Source of the DNA: Octopus bimaculoides
Taxonomy: Eukaryota
DNA: 64,000 nt
Assembly: GCF_001194135.2 (NCBI RefSeq)
Contig: NC_068981.1
Coordinates: forward strand, 182,430,284 to 182,494,283
Direction of reading: 5' to 3'
Below, piece by piece: positions 12,960 through 25,030 of the stretch. Numbering within the stretch: the stretch's first letter is position 1; every line of letters starts with the position of its first letter. The notes under the pieces were generated by a model. That model did not search any database and had not been told where the DNA came from. It saw only the letters and a list, made by a program, of their open reading frames with translations. The translations under genes and the position numbers were made by a program.

Positions 12960-14118
12960 CTTTGTACCTCTCTCTGCGACAACAACGGTGAACAGGTGTG
13001 GTCACCGTTTGTGAGGTGCGCTTTCCTGCAGCTCGTCTCCATGACCAAACTACAGTCATGGATCAAAAAGAGGCTGAGGAAAGGCGAATGGCACTGCGAG
13101 TGTCGTGTTGCTCTCGAGCAACTATGCCGTCCTGGGTTGACTTTGAATGACTGCACCACCACAAAAGCATTCTATAGGGGATTAGTGGAAGGGTGGTATG
13201 ACGATGATCTCGGGACAAACCAAGGCATCGACAAGGAATACCTGACCCGCCTGTTCAAGACGATTTTTGTGCCAGGACCTATGGACACTTCCAGAGATCC
13301 CTGGCCTGGCAGCTATCAAGAAGCACTACCCATTCAGGATAAGCTCTACAGGCATTGCTTGAGAAACACTGGGCCGACCTACCCAAGATGCAGTCAGAGT
13401 GATGAAACCATTCTGCACACACTCGTACAGTGTCCAACCATTTCTGACCTGTGGGCCTATGTCGAACGACTGCTATTGTGTGTGAGACGAGTCGGTTTAT
13501 CAGCCGAGTCTATCGTCAATATTGTCACGCCTCCTTCCTTCAGACGGGAAGGAAGAGCCATTTTCATCGTACTTGTGACTATGGCAAAAAAATGTGTATG
13601 GTGGAATCGTCTGAATGAGGACAAACACTTGCCTCTCTGATCAATCTCTCATCAACTTCTTCAAGTATCACGTGAAGAGGAAGGTGAGAGTGGAGAGGGA
13701 CGTTTTGTCTAGTGAATGTTTCAATAAAAGATGGGTGAATGTAGCAAGGATGGCACATGTGAATGACAGAGCCACCTTGAGCATAATCCTATGAGCCAGA
13801 AGAAGAAAGGAAAAAAAGAGAGTCACTTACTGTAATGTATGTTTTTGCATGACATTATTATTGTCCAAGGTTACCATGGTCTTTTCCGTAGGCTTTTCTT
13901 TCCATGGATAAAACTAATCTGTTTTCTTTTTTACATTTATGACATTTCTGTGATACATGATCCCTATTGATCACCGTTTTCTCTTTTTTTTTTTTTCCAC
14001 GATCCCTTTTGATTGAAATTTTATCCTTCTTTTATTATTTTTTTTTCCCCAAAAAGAAAAGCTCTACATTGTATTTTGTCCCCTATGTGTTCGACCCTGT
14101 ATGACTAATAAAGAAACA
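12960..14118 (+). mobile_element. Tx1/L1-clade LINE 3' fragment with zf-RVT-like domain and 3' UTR
   Basis: LPIQDKLYRH...PRCSQSDETILHTLVQCP (CCHC-type zinc knuckle remnant); T-rich 3' UTR ending at AATAAA near 14106. Confidence 0.78.
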
Positions 14119-14129
14119 TATGTGTCTAT

Positions 14130-14130
<1 letters not shown>

Positions 14131-14183
<53 letters not shown>

Positions 14184-14232
14184 CTACCTACCTACCTACC
14201 TACGTATGTATGTATGTATGTATCTATCTATC
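14131..14232. repeat. Compound (TATC)n/(CTAC)n/(TATG)n microsatellite
   Basis: Direct reading. Confidence 0.95.
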
Positions 14233-14914
14233 ATCATCATCATCGTTTAACCTCCACCTTCCATGCTAGCATGGGTTGGGTGATTTGACTGAGGACTGGC
14301 GAACCAGATGGCTGTACCAGGTTCCAATCTGATCTGGCAGAGTTTCTACAGCTGGATGCCCTTCATACATATAAACACAACTTAATAGAAAATACAAATT
14401 TGTGTAGATACCTTGTGGTGTTAATGTTTTTTTATTATTTACAACCATATATGTGTAGACAAACAAAAGAATGTGGCTCTCAACATATTTGATAGATACA
14501 AAAATGACTTAATATCAGTTTCATTCGGTTCCATGCAACTTAAATTTTGGTAAGCTCATTGAATAAATATATCTCGTCAGGCTCATTTCGTGCCTATATG
14601 TTTGTGTGTGTGTAATATATATATATATANNNNNNNNNNNNNNNNNNNNNNNNNNNNNNNNNNNNNNNNNNNNNNNNNNNNNNNNNNNNNNNNNNNNNNN
14701 NNNNNNNNNNNNNNNNNNNNNNNNNNNNNNNNNNNNNNNNNNNNNNNNNNNNNNNNNNNNNNNNNNNNNNNNNNNNNNNNNNNNNNNNNNNNNNNNNNNN
14801 NNNNNNNNNNNNNNNNNNNNNNNNNNNNNNNNNNNNNNNNNNNNNNNNNNNNNNNNNNNNNNNNNNNNNNNNNNNNNNNTATATATAGGGTTATGTATAT
14901 ATATATATAGGGTA

Positions 14915-15250
14915 ATGGTTAAAAACTCCCTTTGGTCATGAATGACTATGGGATTGCACCTAGAAAATTACCCTTTGAGGAACAAGTTCGGGCAAAGTTG
15001 TCGATGGAAGACCAGCAGTCACACATGCATACCAGTCTCCCCTTTCCACGCCACTGATATTATCCAAGGGAAAGGCAAAGCCTGATACAGCTTGGCATCA
15101 GTGACGTCGCAACTCATTTCTACAGCTGAGTGAACTGGAGCAACGTGAAATGAAGTGTCTCGCTCAAGAACTCAACACACAGTTTGGTCCATGAACCAAA
15201 CTCACTATCTCATGATTGTGAGCATGACACTCTAACCACTGAGCCATGTG
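14915..15250 (-). mobile_element. tRNA-derived SINE (further family)
   Basis: Minus-strand head atggctcagtggttagagtgtc and the motif ttgctccagttcactcagctgtagaaatgag, shared in part with 10265-10500(+) and 16380-16590(-). Confidence 0.7.
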
Positions 15251-15269
15251 ACATATATATATGTATAGG

Positions 15270-16277
15270 AAGCATCAGATGTGGTGTGTGAGAGAGACGA
15301 CTGCACTGGTATGGTCATGTGTTGCGAATGCATGAGGACAGCTGTGTGAAAAAGTGTCACACCCTAATAGTTGAGGGAACCTGTGGAAGAGGTAGACCCA
15401 GGAAAACTTTGGATGAGGTGGTGAAGCACGACCTTCGAACATTGGGCCTTACCGAGGCAATTACTTGTGACCAGGACCTTTGGAGATATGCCTTGCTTGA
15501 GAAGACCCGACAAGCCAAGTGAGACCATAGCCCATGGCCTAAGCCAGTGGGTGTAACTGCCCCACTTATGAGTACCCCTCATTCATTGGACAATAAACTT
15601 TGCTTGCAAAGACCTATTGAGGCAAGTGAAATCAAAATCAAAATCGCTGACATGGCCAATGACAGTACCACCTGATTGGCACTCCTGCCAGTAGAATGTT
15701 AAAAGCACATTCGAATGTGGGGTGTAACTGGTCCACTTATGAGTACCCCTCGTTCATTGGACAATGAACTTTACTTGTAAGTGTAAGTAAATCAAAATTG
15801 CTGACATGGCTGATGACAGTACTGCCTCATTGGCACAAGTGCCAGTGGAACGTTAAAAGCACATCTGAGCGTGATCATTGCCAGGGCCATGGATTGGCTT
15901 CCATGCTGGTGACATGTGAAAAGCACCATCCAAGCGTGATTCTTACCAGCATTGCCTTACTGGCACATGTGCTGGTGGCACATGAAAAACAGCATTCGAG
16001 CATGGTCATTGCCAGTGCCACTGGACTGGCTCCTGTGCAGGTAGCACATAAAAACACCTTTGAGCATGGTCGTTGCTAGAACCGTCTGACTAGCCCTGCC
16101 GGTGGCACGTAAAAGCACCCACTACACTCTCGGAGTGTTTGGCATTAGGAATGGTATCCAGCTGTAGAAACTTTGCCAGATCAGATTGAGCTTGGTGCAG
16201 CCTCTGGCTCACCAGTCCTCAGTCAAATCGTCCAACCCATACCAGCATGGAAAGCGGATGTTAAACAATGATGATGA

Positions 16278-16280
<3 letters not shown>
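15270..16280 (+). mobile_element. RTE-clade LINE 3' end: ORF2 C-terminus, subrepeat-rich 3' UTR, (GAT)n tail
   Basis: RRLHWYGHVLRM...GRGRPRKTLDEVVKHDL..LGL; conserved tail ggaagggcatccagctgtagaaactctgcc...ggacgttaaacgatgatg. Further copies at about 1-360(+), 26600-27020(-), 29320-29780(-), 30560-30845(+), 43715-44155(-), 50880-51070(-), 51130-51435(-), 52010-52490(+) and 62310-62750(-). Confidence 0.82.
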
Positions 16281-16328
<48 letters not shown>

Positions 16329-16829
16329 TATATCTATCAAAAGGATCAAAAGTCTTTCCCAAGCCATAGGCTCATCAGGCCAGATTCCCAGATTCTGCAG
16401 CTTGTATAATCCCCCACTGGATGGGACTATAGTCTGTCCCAGGATTATACATTTGTATCAGCTGAGTGGAGTGGATCAATGAGAAATAAGTGCTTTGCTT
16501 AAGAACACAATGCATCACCCAGTCCAGGAATTTAAACCACAATCTTACGATCACAAGTGCAACACCCTAACCACTAAGCCATGCACCTTTGCACCCCACC
16601 CCGCATGCTCACACAATGACTTTCTGCACAGTTTCTTTTGACCAAGTTCCACTCCAAAGGCTTTTAGTCAATCTGATGGAGCAGTAGTAGGAGACTCTTC
16701 TGCAAGGTGTCCCCTCTGTGGGACTGAACCTGAAACTTCTTATCCACACAAATGTGCTTTCCCCATAATTAGTAACATGATTTTATTCCAGGTTTTGGAA
16801 TTTTGTTTTCCTTTTGATTGCAGTAAGGC

Positions 16830-16930
16830 ATGCAAAAGCAAAGAGGTGAACGTGGGAAACAAGCACAAGCTGCACATCAAGTTGTTGTGCTGCCTGAGAT
16901 TGTTCCTGGGAAACTCACTGAACAGCATTG
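16830..16930 (+). CDS. C2orf81: C2orf81-like (DUF4639 family) protein, coding exon 1
   Basis: Acceptor tttgattgcag at 16823, in-frame TAA then ATG at 16830. Translates MQKQRGERGKQAQAAHQVVVLPEIVPGKLTEQH+TG, donor GTAGGT at 16931. IVPGKLTE..W matches the family N-terminal IVPGRLSEAEW motif (from memory of human C2orf81). Confidence 0.85.
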
Positions 16931-17593
16931 GTAGGTACCATTGTTATAACTTTTTTGCTTGTCTAAATGTAATGCACTAAGTTCTTTGACTTCTCTGGCC
17001 ATTGAATACATAAAAGCTTTGATGTCTAGCAGCTGACTTGGTAGCATCTCACAAGATAATTTATCATCACCTTTTTGAATTCAATATCTCTGCCAGCTGA
17101 AAGGCAGCAAACTGGCAGAATTGTTAGCACATTGGGCAAAATGCTTAGCGGCATTTCATCCATCTTTATGTGCTGAGTTCAAATTCTGCTAAGGTCAAGC
17201 TTTGCCTTTCATCTCTTTTCAGGGTTGATAAAATAAGCATCTGTCAAGTACTGGAGTCAATGAAACTACCTTGCACTCTCCCCACAAATTTCCAGGCCTT
17301 GTGCCTGTAGTAGAAAGGATTATTATGATTAATATTATTGTTATTATTATTATTACACACAGGCAGTGAGCTGGCTGAATTGTTAGTGCGCTGGGCGAAA
17401 TGGTTGCTGGTATTTTGCCCATTATTACATTCTGAGTTCAAATTCCACCAAGGTCAACTTTGACTTTTGTCCTTTTGGAGTCGATTAAATAAGTACCAGT
17501 TATGCACTGGGGGACTGATTTAATTGACTTAATCCCCTCCCCCAAGCTTACCTTGTGGCAAAAAATTAAAATCATTATCATTATTATTACTAT

Positions 17594-18051
17594 AGATGTC
17601 GCACAGTATACAATATCGTGAAGTTGTTGATTGAAGATATTGTGTCTACCGGGGTTTTATACTGTTTGTCAAGTCACAACAAGGACTTCAGACAGACAGT
17701 ACTTTACGCAATATGCGTGCAGTTCCAAGTAGTGCCGACGTTTGCAATACATCTTGATTGTAGGTTATTTCTAAGGTTTTCGGATGTTTTTGCAGATTGG
17801 GGGGTATTGAACACAATGCTCCGATGACAATAATGATAACCTTTATGTCTGACTCTCGTAGCTGCCACATCTTAGCGATCTCAATTCTCAGGTCACCATA
17901 TTTATCAACTTTTTCTCTTTCTTTCATGATGATATGTTGACCCCCAGGCACTGCTACGTCGATTATTAGGCACTCTTGTTTGTCCCTCCTAAAGGTTACT
18001 ATATCCAGTCTTCGGTGCTCTAACACTTTGTCTGTCTGGAAATCAAAGTCC

Positions 18052-18052
<1 letters not shown>
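17594..18052 (-). mobile_element. R4/Dong-clade non-LTR retrotransposon 3' fragment (restriction-like endonuclease)
   Basis: HRRLDIV...CLIIDVAVP...EKVDKYGDLRIEIAKMW...IVIGALCSIP...ALLGTARILRKVL is an RLE PD-(D/E)xK domain. Both ends abut TAA repeats. Confidence 0.85.
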
Positions 18053-18100
<48 letters not shown>

Positions 18101-18340
18101 GTCGTCGTCGTTATTAAGGCGGAAAGATGGTAGGGTGAAATGCTTAGCAGTATTTCATCTGGCACTACGTTCTGAGTTCAAATTCTGGCAAGGTTGACTT
18201 TGCCTTACATCCTTTCAGGGTTGATAAATTAAGTACCAGTTGTAGTGTACTGGAGGTCAATCCAATCAACTTGCCCCCTCCCCCCAAATTTCAGGCCTTG
18301 TGCCTATAGTAGAAAGGATTATTATTATTATTATTATTAT

Positions 18341-18890
18341 TGAGTGAGAAAGCAGTGCATGCCATCAAAGTGACACTGGGGTAAAATATACGAAGCCCAG
18401 TATATCCATCATGACTATTCGTCTGATAAGGGTACGCCAAGTACATGCATAACAACCATATGTGTGCGACATGGTGATCTCATATCAAGATAGACAGCGC
18501 ATGACCTTGCAGGTNNNNNNNNNNNNNNNNNNNNNNNNNNNNNNNNNNNNNNNNNNNNNNNNNNNNNNNNNNNNNNNNNGTTTGTTTAAGGATGTTGAGC
18601 AAAACACCCATGTTTCCAAAAGTGAATTATTCAAACCCCAAAGAATTCTTCTCAACACATGGCTATGATGCTCCCCCACTACTTCTGCTCGTAATTAGAG
18701 ATGCACATATCGTCAGCCACCAAGGGACATGCTCAACTGGTTAAGGTCAAACAACTGACAAGCAAATCTGTGGTATTGAGCAGAATATTTGCTGTAGCCC
18801 ATCTTTTATACCAAGACAAAACAATGTACATGATAACACTTCCAATCAGTTAAGATCAAAAACCAGGGGAGCCACTTCCCAAATAGGTTA
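18341..18890. mobile_element. Unclassified interspersed repeat associated with (ATT)n; second copy at about 47405-47860
   Basis: Several hundred nt of high identity between 18420-18880 and 47405-47860; both copies adjoin (ATT)n. Confidence 0.75.
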
Positions 18891-18904
18891 ATACATTCCA
18901 TTAT

Positions 18905-19527
18905 CCAAGAATGTGGGTCATATCGTACGCCTTACTATAGTTGATCCATGACATGGCTAACTTACTTTTCCTCCTCTTGCAGTCTCTAACTACAGTTTTG
19001 TCTATCAGTTGATCCTTGGTACCTCTACACTTACGCTTGCAAGCCTTCTGCTCATGTGGCAGGACTCCATTTTTTACCAGATGTTCATACATTGACTCTG
19101 CAAGTATTCCAGTCAATAACTTCCACATAAGTGGCAAACAGGATATCGGCCTGCAATTGTCTACCGTATTGCCTTTTTCGATGTTTTTCAAGCACAGCAC
19201 TGTTCTACTCAACGTCAACCATTCTGGTGTTACTTGGTCAGCATTTAACAAGGTGTTGAGTTGCACAGCTATTCGTGCATGACATTCACCAAATCTTTTG
19301 ATCCAGTAGCCTTGAACTCTGTTTGGTGCCGGGGCCTTCCAGTTGCTCATTTTTTTGCTGATCTCCTTCACTTCCCTAACTGAAATGACTAGTTCTGCCT
19401 GTTTGGGGCAGATTACTGTTTGTTTCAGTTTTTGCAACCATTCAGCATCCTTCTTGTGCTCCTTGTCTTTGCTCCAGATGTCACCCCAAAACCTTTGACT
19501 GTCAATGTTATCTGGTATCAACTTTTC
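18905..19527 (-). mobile_element. R4/Dong-clade reverse transcriptase N-terminal fragment
   Basis: FWGDIWSK...KMSNWKAPAPNRVQGYWIK...NCRPISCLPLMWKLLTGI...EQKACKRKCRGTKDQL..D...MSWINYSKAYD matches RT subdomains 0-3 of RLE-type LINEs. The 5' side abuts (TAA)n. Confidence 0.85.
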
Positions 19528-19561
<34 letters not shown>

Positions 19562-19598
19562 ATTACTATTATTATTATTATTATCATTATTATTATTT
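19528..19598. repeat. (ATT)n microsatellite (also 18053-18100, 18318-18342, 46163-46209, 47860-47888)
   Basis: Direct reading. Confidence 0.95.
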
Positions 19599-19693
19599 AA
19601 CACAGAAAAATGTCTTTCACATCATTTGTAAACATCCGAGTGATTTCTTTCTAGTTTTTTTTTTCTTTTTCTTTTTTTTCTTTTATTCGCCAG

Positions 19694-19856
19694 GTTAGAA
19701 CTACAAGAAGGGTACAAAAATGAAGATTATGCCAGCGAGATAGTAGAAGACATTGTTAATATTGTGCTTAATAAAGCATATGATATTTACTTGGAACGAC
19801 AGCTTCTGCCCTATACAGTCAATGCTGCTATAGAAGCTTTAACATTATTAGTTGAA
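19694..19856 (+). CDS. C2orf81: C2orf81-like coding exon 2
   Basis: Polypyrimidine tract plus CAG acceptor; completes the Trp codon (TG|G). Encodes LELQEGYKNEDYASEIVEDIVNIVLNKAYDIYLERQLLPYTVNAAIEALTLLVE (cf. human [23 protein letters not shown]). GT donor at 19857. Confidence 0.9.
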
Positions 19857-19903
19857 GTAAACATTTTAATTCTTCACTCATTAAGATCTTAAGCCACACA
19901 CAT

Positions 19904-19950
<47 letters not shown>

Positions 19951-20759
19951 TAAAGCAAAATTCTACCTGTCTGTCCCCTCTATCTCAATCTACATTTGCT
20001 CTACATAGACATATTATACCTTTTTGGAATCAGAATGATCCCAGGATTGAAAATCTGCCCATCATTTGGTTCTTGGACATCCACCATGGGATCTGATTCA
20101 AACGTATTTGGGTTGCTATTTCTAGCAGGTAAAGCTTGGCTGCTTCACACCATCCTGGTTGGTGTTTGTCAGATGATGTCAGAGGTCAAGGGAGTGATAA
20201 ATGACATTCATAAATGACGGTTGAGATAAGAACTTTGGGACAAATTGGCCAACAGTTGGAATCCATCTTGGGACTGGAACAATAGAATTGCAGAATTAAT
20301 TCTCATCTGTCCTTAAGGTCTGCTCAAACACCACCAGGACATGTAGCCATTATAGACGTATTTTAGTTATACTATTTAGTTCACTTTAGTTTTGAGCTGC
20401 AGGCCCAATTAGCTGTCAGTGGGAGCTAGCTTAAAAGTCCACACGGAGTGTAGTTTTTAAGCTAGCATATATATATATATATATATGTATATATNNNNNN
20501 NNNNNNNNNNNNNNNNNNNNNNNNNNNNNNNNNNNNNNNNNNNNNNNNNNNNNNNNNNNNNNNNNNNNNNNNNNNNNNNNNNNNNNNNNNNNNNNNNNNN
20601 NNNNNNNNNNNNNNNNNNNNNNNNNNNNNNNNNNNNNNNNNNNNNNNNNNNNNNNNNNNNNNNNNNNNNNNNNNNNNNNNNNNNNNNNNNNNNNNNNNNN
20701 NNNNNNNNNNNNNNNNNNNNNNNNNNNNNNNNNNNNNNNNNNNNNNNNNNNNNNNNNNN

Positions 20760-20808
<49 letters not shown>

Positions 20809-20874
20809 CATACGTATTTGATTTAAGCTACATACATAAAATTAAAGATACATACATACATAAAAATTAAAGGT

Positions 20875-21260
20875 GCAGGAGTGGCTGTGTGGTAAGTAGC
20901 TTGCTTACCAACCACATGGGTCTGGGTTCAGTCCCACTGCGTGGCACCTTGGGCAAGTGTCTTCTACTATAGCCTCAGGCCGACCAAAGCCTTGTCAGTG
21001 GATTTGGTAGATGGAAACTGAAACAAGCCCGTTGTATATATGTCTGTGTGTCTGTGTGTGTCTGTGTTTGTCCCCCAACATCGCTTGACAACTGATGCTG
21101 GTGTGTTTACATCCCCGTAACCTAGCGGTTCGACAAAAGAGACCGATAGAATAAGTACTAGGCTTCCAAAGAATAAGTCCTGGGGTCGATTTGCGCGACT
21201 AAAGGTGGTGCTCCAGCATGGCCGCAGTCAAATGACTGAAACAAGTAAAAGAGAAAAGAG
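20875..21260 (+). mobile_element. CORE-like SINE copy
   Basis: Near-identical to 8585-8988. Confidence 0.85.
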
Positions 21261-22327
21261 ATTTATTTTAGTTTTTTTTTTTTTTCAGCACAGGTTCTTA
21301 TAGACTTTAAGTCTTCCCTTAGGGTGCTAAAAAATGTTCTTTTTTGTTCTAAATAAACACTCAACCTGCTCACTGTACCAGCTGTTTCTCTTTAAATAAA
21401 CTCCCTGTTTAAGTCTAAAAAGAGGCAACACATGTTATAAGTTCTAAATCAATAAAGGAACACCCAGATTACTGAATGAATAAGTCATTGTATGTTTACT
21501 TCCATTCCACAACACTACTGAAACAGAATAATGAGAAATAACAAGTTGCTGACAATTGTTTTTATAACTAAAATAAGTTTAGAACATAAATTTGTCAAAT
21601 GCTTTTTTGAAATTAAATGGTTAAAGCGCCAACTATTAATTTGTGTAATTCTTGTTGTAAAAAATGTCAATATTAAATTAAAATGTCTGCAAGCATGACT
21701 TATAGGCACAGATGTGGCTGTGCAGTAAGAAATTTGTTTTCCAGTCACATAGTTTAGTGTTCAATTTCACTGCACTGCACCTTGGAAAAGTGTCTTCTAC
21801 TATAGCTATGGGCTGACCAAAGCCTTGTGCCTTGTGAGTGGATTTGGTAGATGGAAACTGAAAGAAGCTTGTCATCTATATGTGTGTGTGTGTATGTGTT
21901 GCTGTCTCCTTGCCTTGACTTCATCTGATACTTGTAAACAAGTGTCACTGTCATACAAACACTGTCCTTCATTTGCAATCATCCAGGGAAATATGTCTGG
22001 TCATAGGGAAATATTACCTTATTTGGAAACAGGTAAAGATTGGTGATAGGAAGGGTATCTGGCTATAGAAATTCTGCCTCAAGAAATTCCATCCATCCCA
22101 TACAAACATGGAAACGTGAATGTTAAAACGGTGATGATGATATATAAGGCATATCTTTTCTGCATAGGCTTTCATTTCTAACTAGGGAAGAGTTCTTAAA
22201 ATGTTTCCCATTCTCTCACAACTCTAGTTTTCAATTTCCTGCATTAATCATATCATCCAGATCTTTAGTTACATATTTGGCCTGAAATTGTGTGTTGAAA
22301 CAGATTTTATTGTATTTTGATTAAGTC

Positions 22328-22745
22328 ATATTAACTATTTATTAGTTTAGGAGTGGCTGTGTGGTAAGTAGCTTGCTCACCAACCACATGGTTCTGGGTT
22401 CAGTCCCACTGTGTGGAAACTTAGGCAAGTGTCTTCTACTATAGCCTCAGGCCAACCAAAGCCTTGTGAGTGGATTTGGTAGACGGAAACTGAAAGAAGC
22501 CCGTCATATATATGTATATACATGTGTGTGTGTGTCTGTGTCTGTGTTTGTCCCCCCAACATCGCTTGACAACCGATGCTGGTGTGTTTACATCCCCGTA
22601 ACCTAGCGGTTCGACAAAAGAGACCAATAGAATAAGTACTAGGCTTACAAATAATAAGTCCTGGGGTCGGTTTGCTCGACTAAAAGGCGGTGCTCCAGCA
22701 TGGCCACTGTCAAATGACTGAAACAAGTAAAAGAGAATAAAAGAG
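22328..22745 (+). mobile_element. CORE-like SINE copy
   Basis: Near-identical to 8585-8988. Confidence 0.85.
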
Positions 22746-23183
22746 AAACAAATAACTTGTAAGTTTATAGAAACAAATTATTTATAATATATCCATATAG
22801 AGAACTGCTGATTAACATGAAAAATTAAGTTCACACTTATTAAGAGCTCAATTAATGAAAGGTTGTTAAACTCCAACATATCATTACATTGCAGTACATC
22901 CAGGTAGAAGTAACTTACATGTATGTACATAACAAGCTAAAATGATCTTACAAAGCAACATATTTAAAATAAACACATGAATTACACATACAGTTTATAC
23001 TTTAATTTTGCTCAACAACTGTTTCATTAGGAACAAACATTATTTATTCCATAATTATATGTAATTTCAATATGTAATTTATTTGAATTAAATTTATTTA
23101 AATTAATCTAAAAACTATATTTACCCAATCATCAAGAGTGAAATATTTAATTAATAAGATGTAATATTTTCCATTTATTTCAG

Positions 23184-23253
23184 TGGAATTTCCTAAGACG
23201 TGATGAATCCCAAGTAAGTCCTACTTTGCAACCTGGTTGGATTTCAAGTGAAG
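23184..23253 (+). CDS. C2orf81: C2orf81-like coding exon 3
   Basis: tttcag acceptor; WNFLRRDESQVSPTLQPGWISSE (cf. human WRFLARDEGE...PTW); donor GTAAAG, phase 1, matches exon 4. Confidence 0.88.
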
Positions 23254-24794
23254 GTAAAGATCCAAATTTTTATCTTCCCTATTCCACACCCATTTCTTAT
23301 ATTTATATGGGAAGAATATTTTATGTCATAATTTTATGCAAGAAACCTTCATTTGTGAAGTTAGGTTAAAATTACCAGCTTAATATAGAAATTATGAAAG
23401 ATTTAATTATTTGACAAAACTCTTGATTGTTTTTAAAATTAATAGAAATATAGAGCAAAGTATTTTTGATAAGAAAATGATTAGTAAATTAGAGATGAAT
23501 CTCCCTCTGAAAAATGTCAGTCTATCCCAGCTAACATTCACAAACTATATGGTACTTATTTACATGAACTAGGAGAACTGAGGCAATGTGAAATTAAGTG
23601 TGTGATTGAAATGGTGAATAATCAGCTAAAATAGTATTACAAAGCAACATATTTAAAATAAAAAAGAAGAAAAGCTTAAATTCCACACACTGTTTATATT
23701 CCAATTTTGAATATTCCAACAGCTGTTTCATTAGGAACAAACATTATTTATTCTGTAATTACATAGAATAGTTAGAACATTGAATAAACACTGTAGTTAT
23801 TCTGTGAAAAATCAGAAGGGCCAGATCACAAAAGAGCTATAGTAATTACTTTGTTGTAATACACTTGGCTGTCTGTTTTGAGTTGAAATCCCGTAAAGCT
23901 CAGCTTTAGCATTCATCGTTCTGTGACTAATAAATAAAGTACAAATCAGTTACTGAATTAATTCTTCTTTCTTTTCTCTTGCTTTCATTCTTTCTTCTCT
24001 TTCTCTATATATTTCACCTTATGCTTTGCTGCATTGAAAATTAACCATGCTGCACTGATAGCCTACTGAGAGTCCTGGGGGGACCATACACAATGCCTGC
24101 ATAGTCAGAAAGAAAGGATAGGGACTCCACTGATATAATTTGAATTTCCAAAAGAAAGAGAATGTCAGATGAACAGTCTACCCTCCAGGATTTGGCAGTT
24201 GTAGATGATGATTGTAATACAAAATGAAACACCTACAGCGGTTTGAGTACTCATGGTTAAACTGGTGCTCCTATCACCTACCAATTCAATCATTTCCCCC
24301 TCTCAGTCAAAATCTTTCTACATGGTGGAGTGTCAGATCAAATACAATACATAAAATACCTTAATACCTTTAGCCTGACTGACCAACTGGTACTCTTTCA
24401 GTTACAGCAACACTTGTTTTAGTTAATCCGATCAACAGAACAACCTGCTCATGAAATTAATGAGCAAGTGGCTGAACACTCCACAGACATACATACCCAT
24501 AATGTAGTTCTCAGACAGGTTCAGCATGACACAAAATGTGATGGAGTTGGCCCTTTTAAATACAGGTACAACTCATTTTTTTCCAGTTGAGTGGACTGGA
24601 ACAGCATGAAATAAAATGTGTTGTTGAAGGACAAAAAACACACTACTGAGAATTGAACTTATGATCTTATCATCATGAGCCGAATACCTTAGCCATTAAG
24701 CCATGCACCCTCATAATACTTTAAGAAACCTGCTTCACATCCTTCCAGAATTGACTTCACATTATCCTCAGTTCCACTAATATTACTAGTACTA

Positions 24795-25030
24795 AGGCGG
24801 TGAGCTGGCAGAAACGTTAGCACGCCGGGCGAAATGCTTAGCGGTATTTCGACTGCCGCTACGTTCTGAGTTCAAATTCCACCGAGGTCGACTTTGCCTT
24901 TCATCCTTTCGGGGTCGATAAATTAAGCACCAGTTACGCACTGGGGTCGATGTAATCGACTTTATCCCTTTGTCTGTCCTTGTTTGTCCTCTCTGTGTTT
25001 AGCCACTTGTGGGCAATAAAGAAATAAGAA
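24795..25030 (+). mobile_element. tRNA-derived SINE with Meta-like central domain
   Basis: Head ggcggtgagctggcagaaacgttagc...gagttcaaattcc; central ctttgcctttcatcctttcggggtcgataaattaagcaccag; AATAAAGAAATAA tail. Other copies at about 17105-17330, 17360-17570, 18115-18320, 25030-25225, 27490-27680(-), 27790-28030, 37870-38060, 49560-49780 and 58390-58492(-). Confidence 0.8.
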
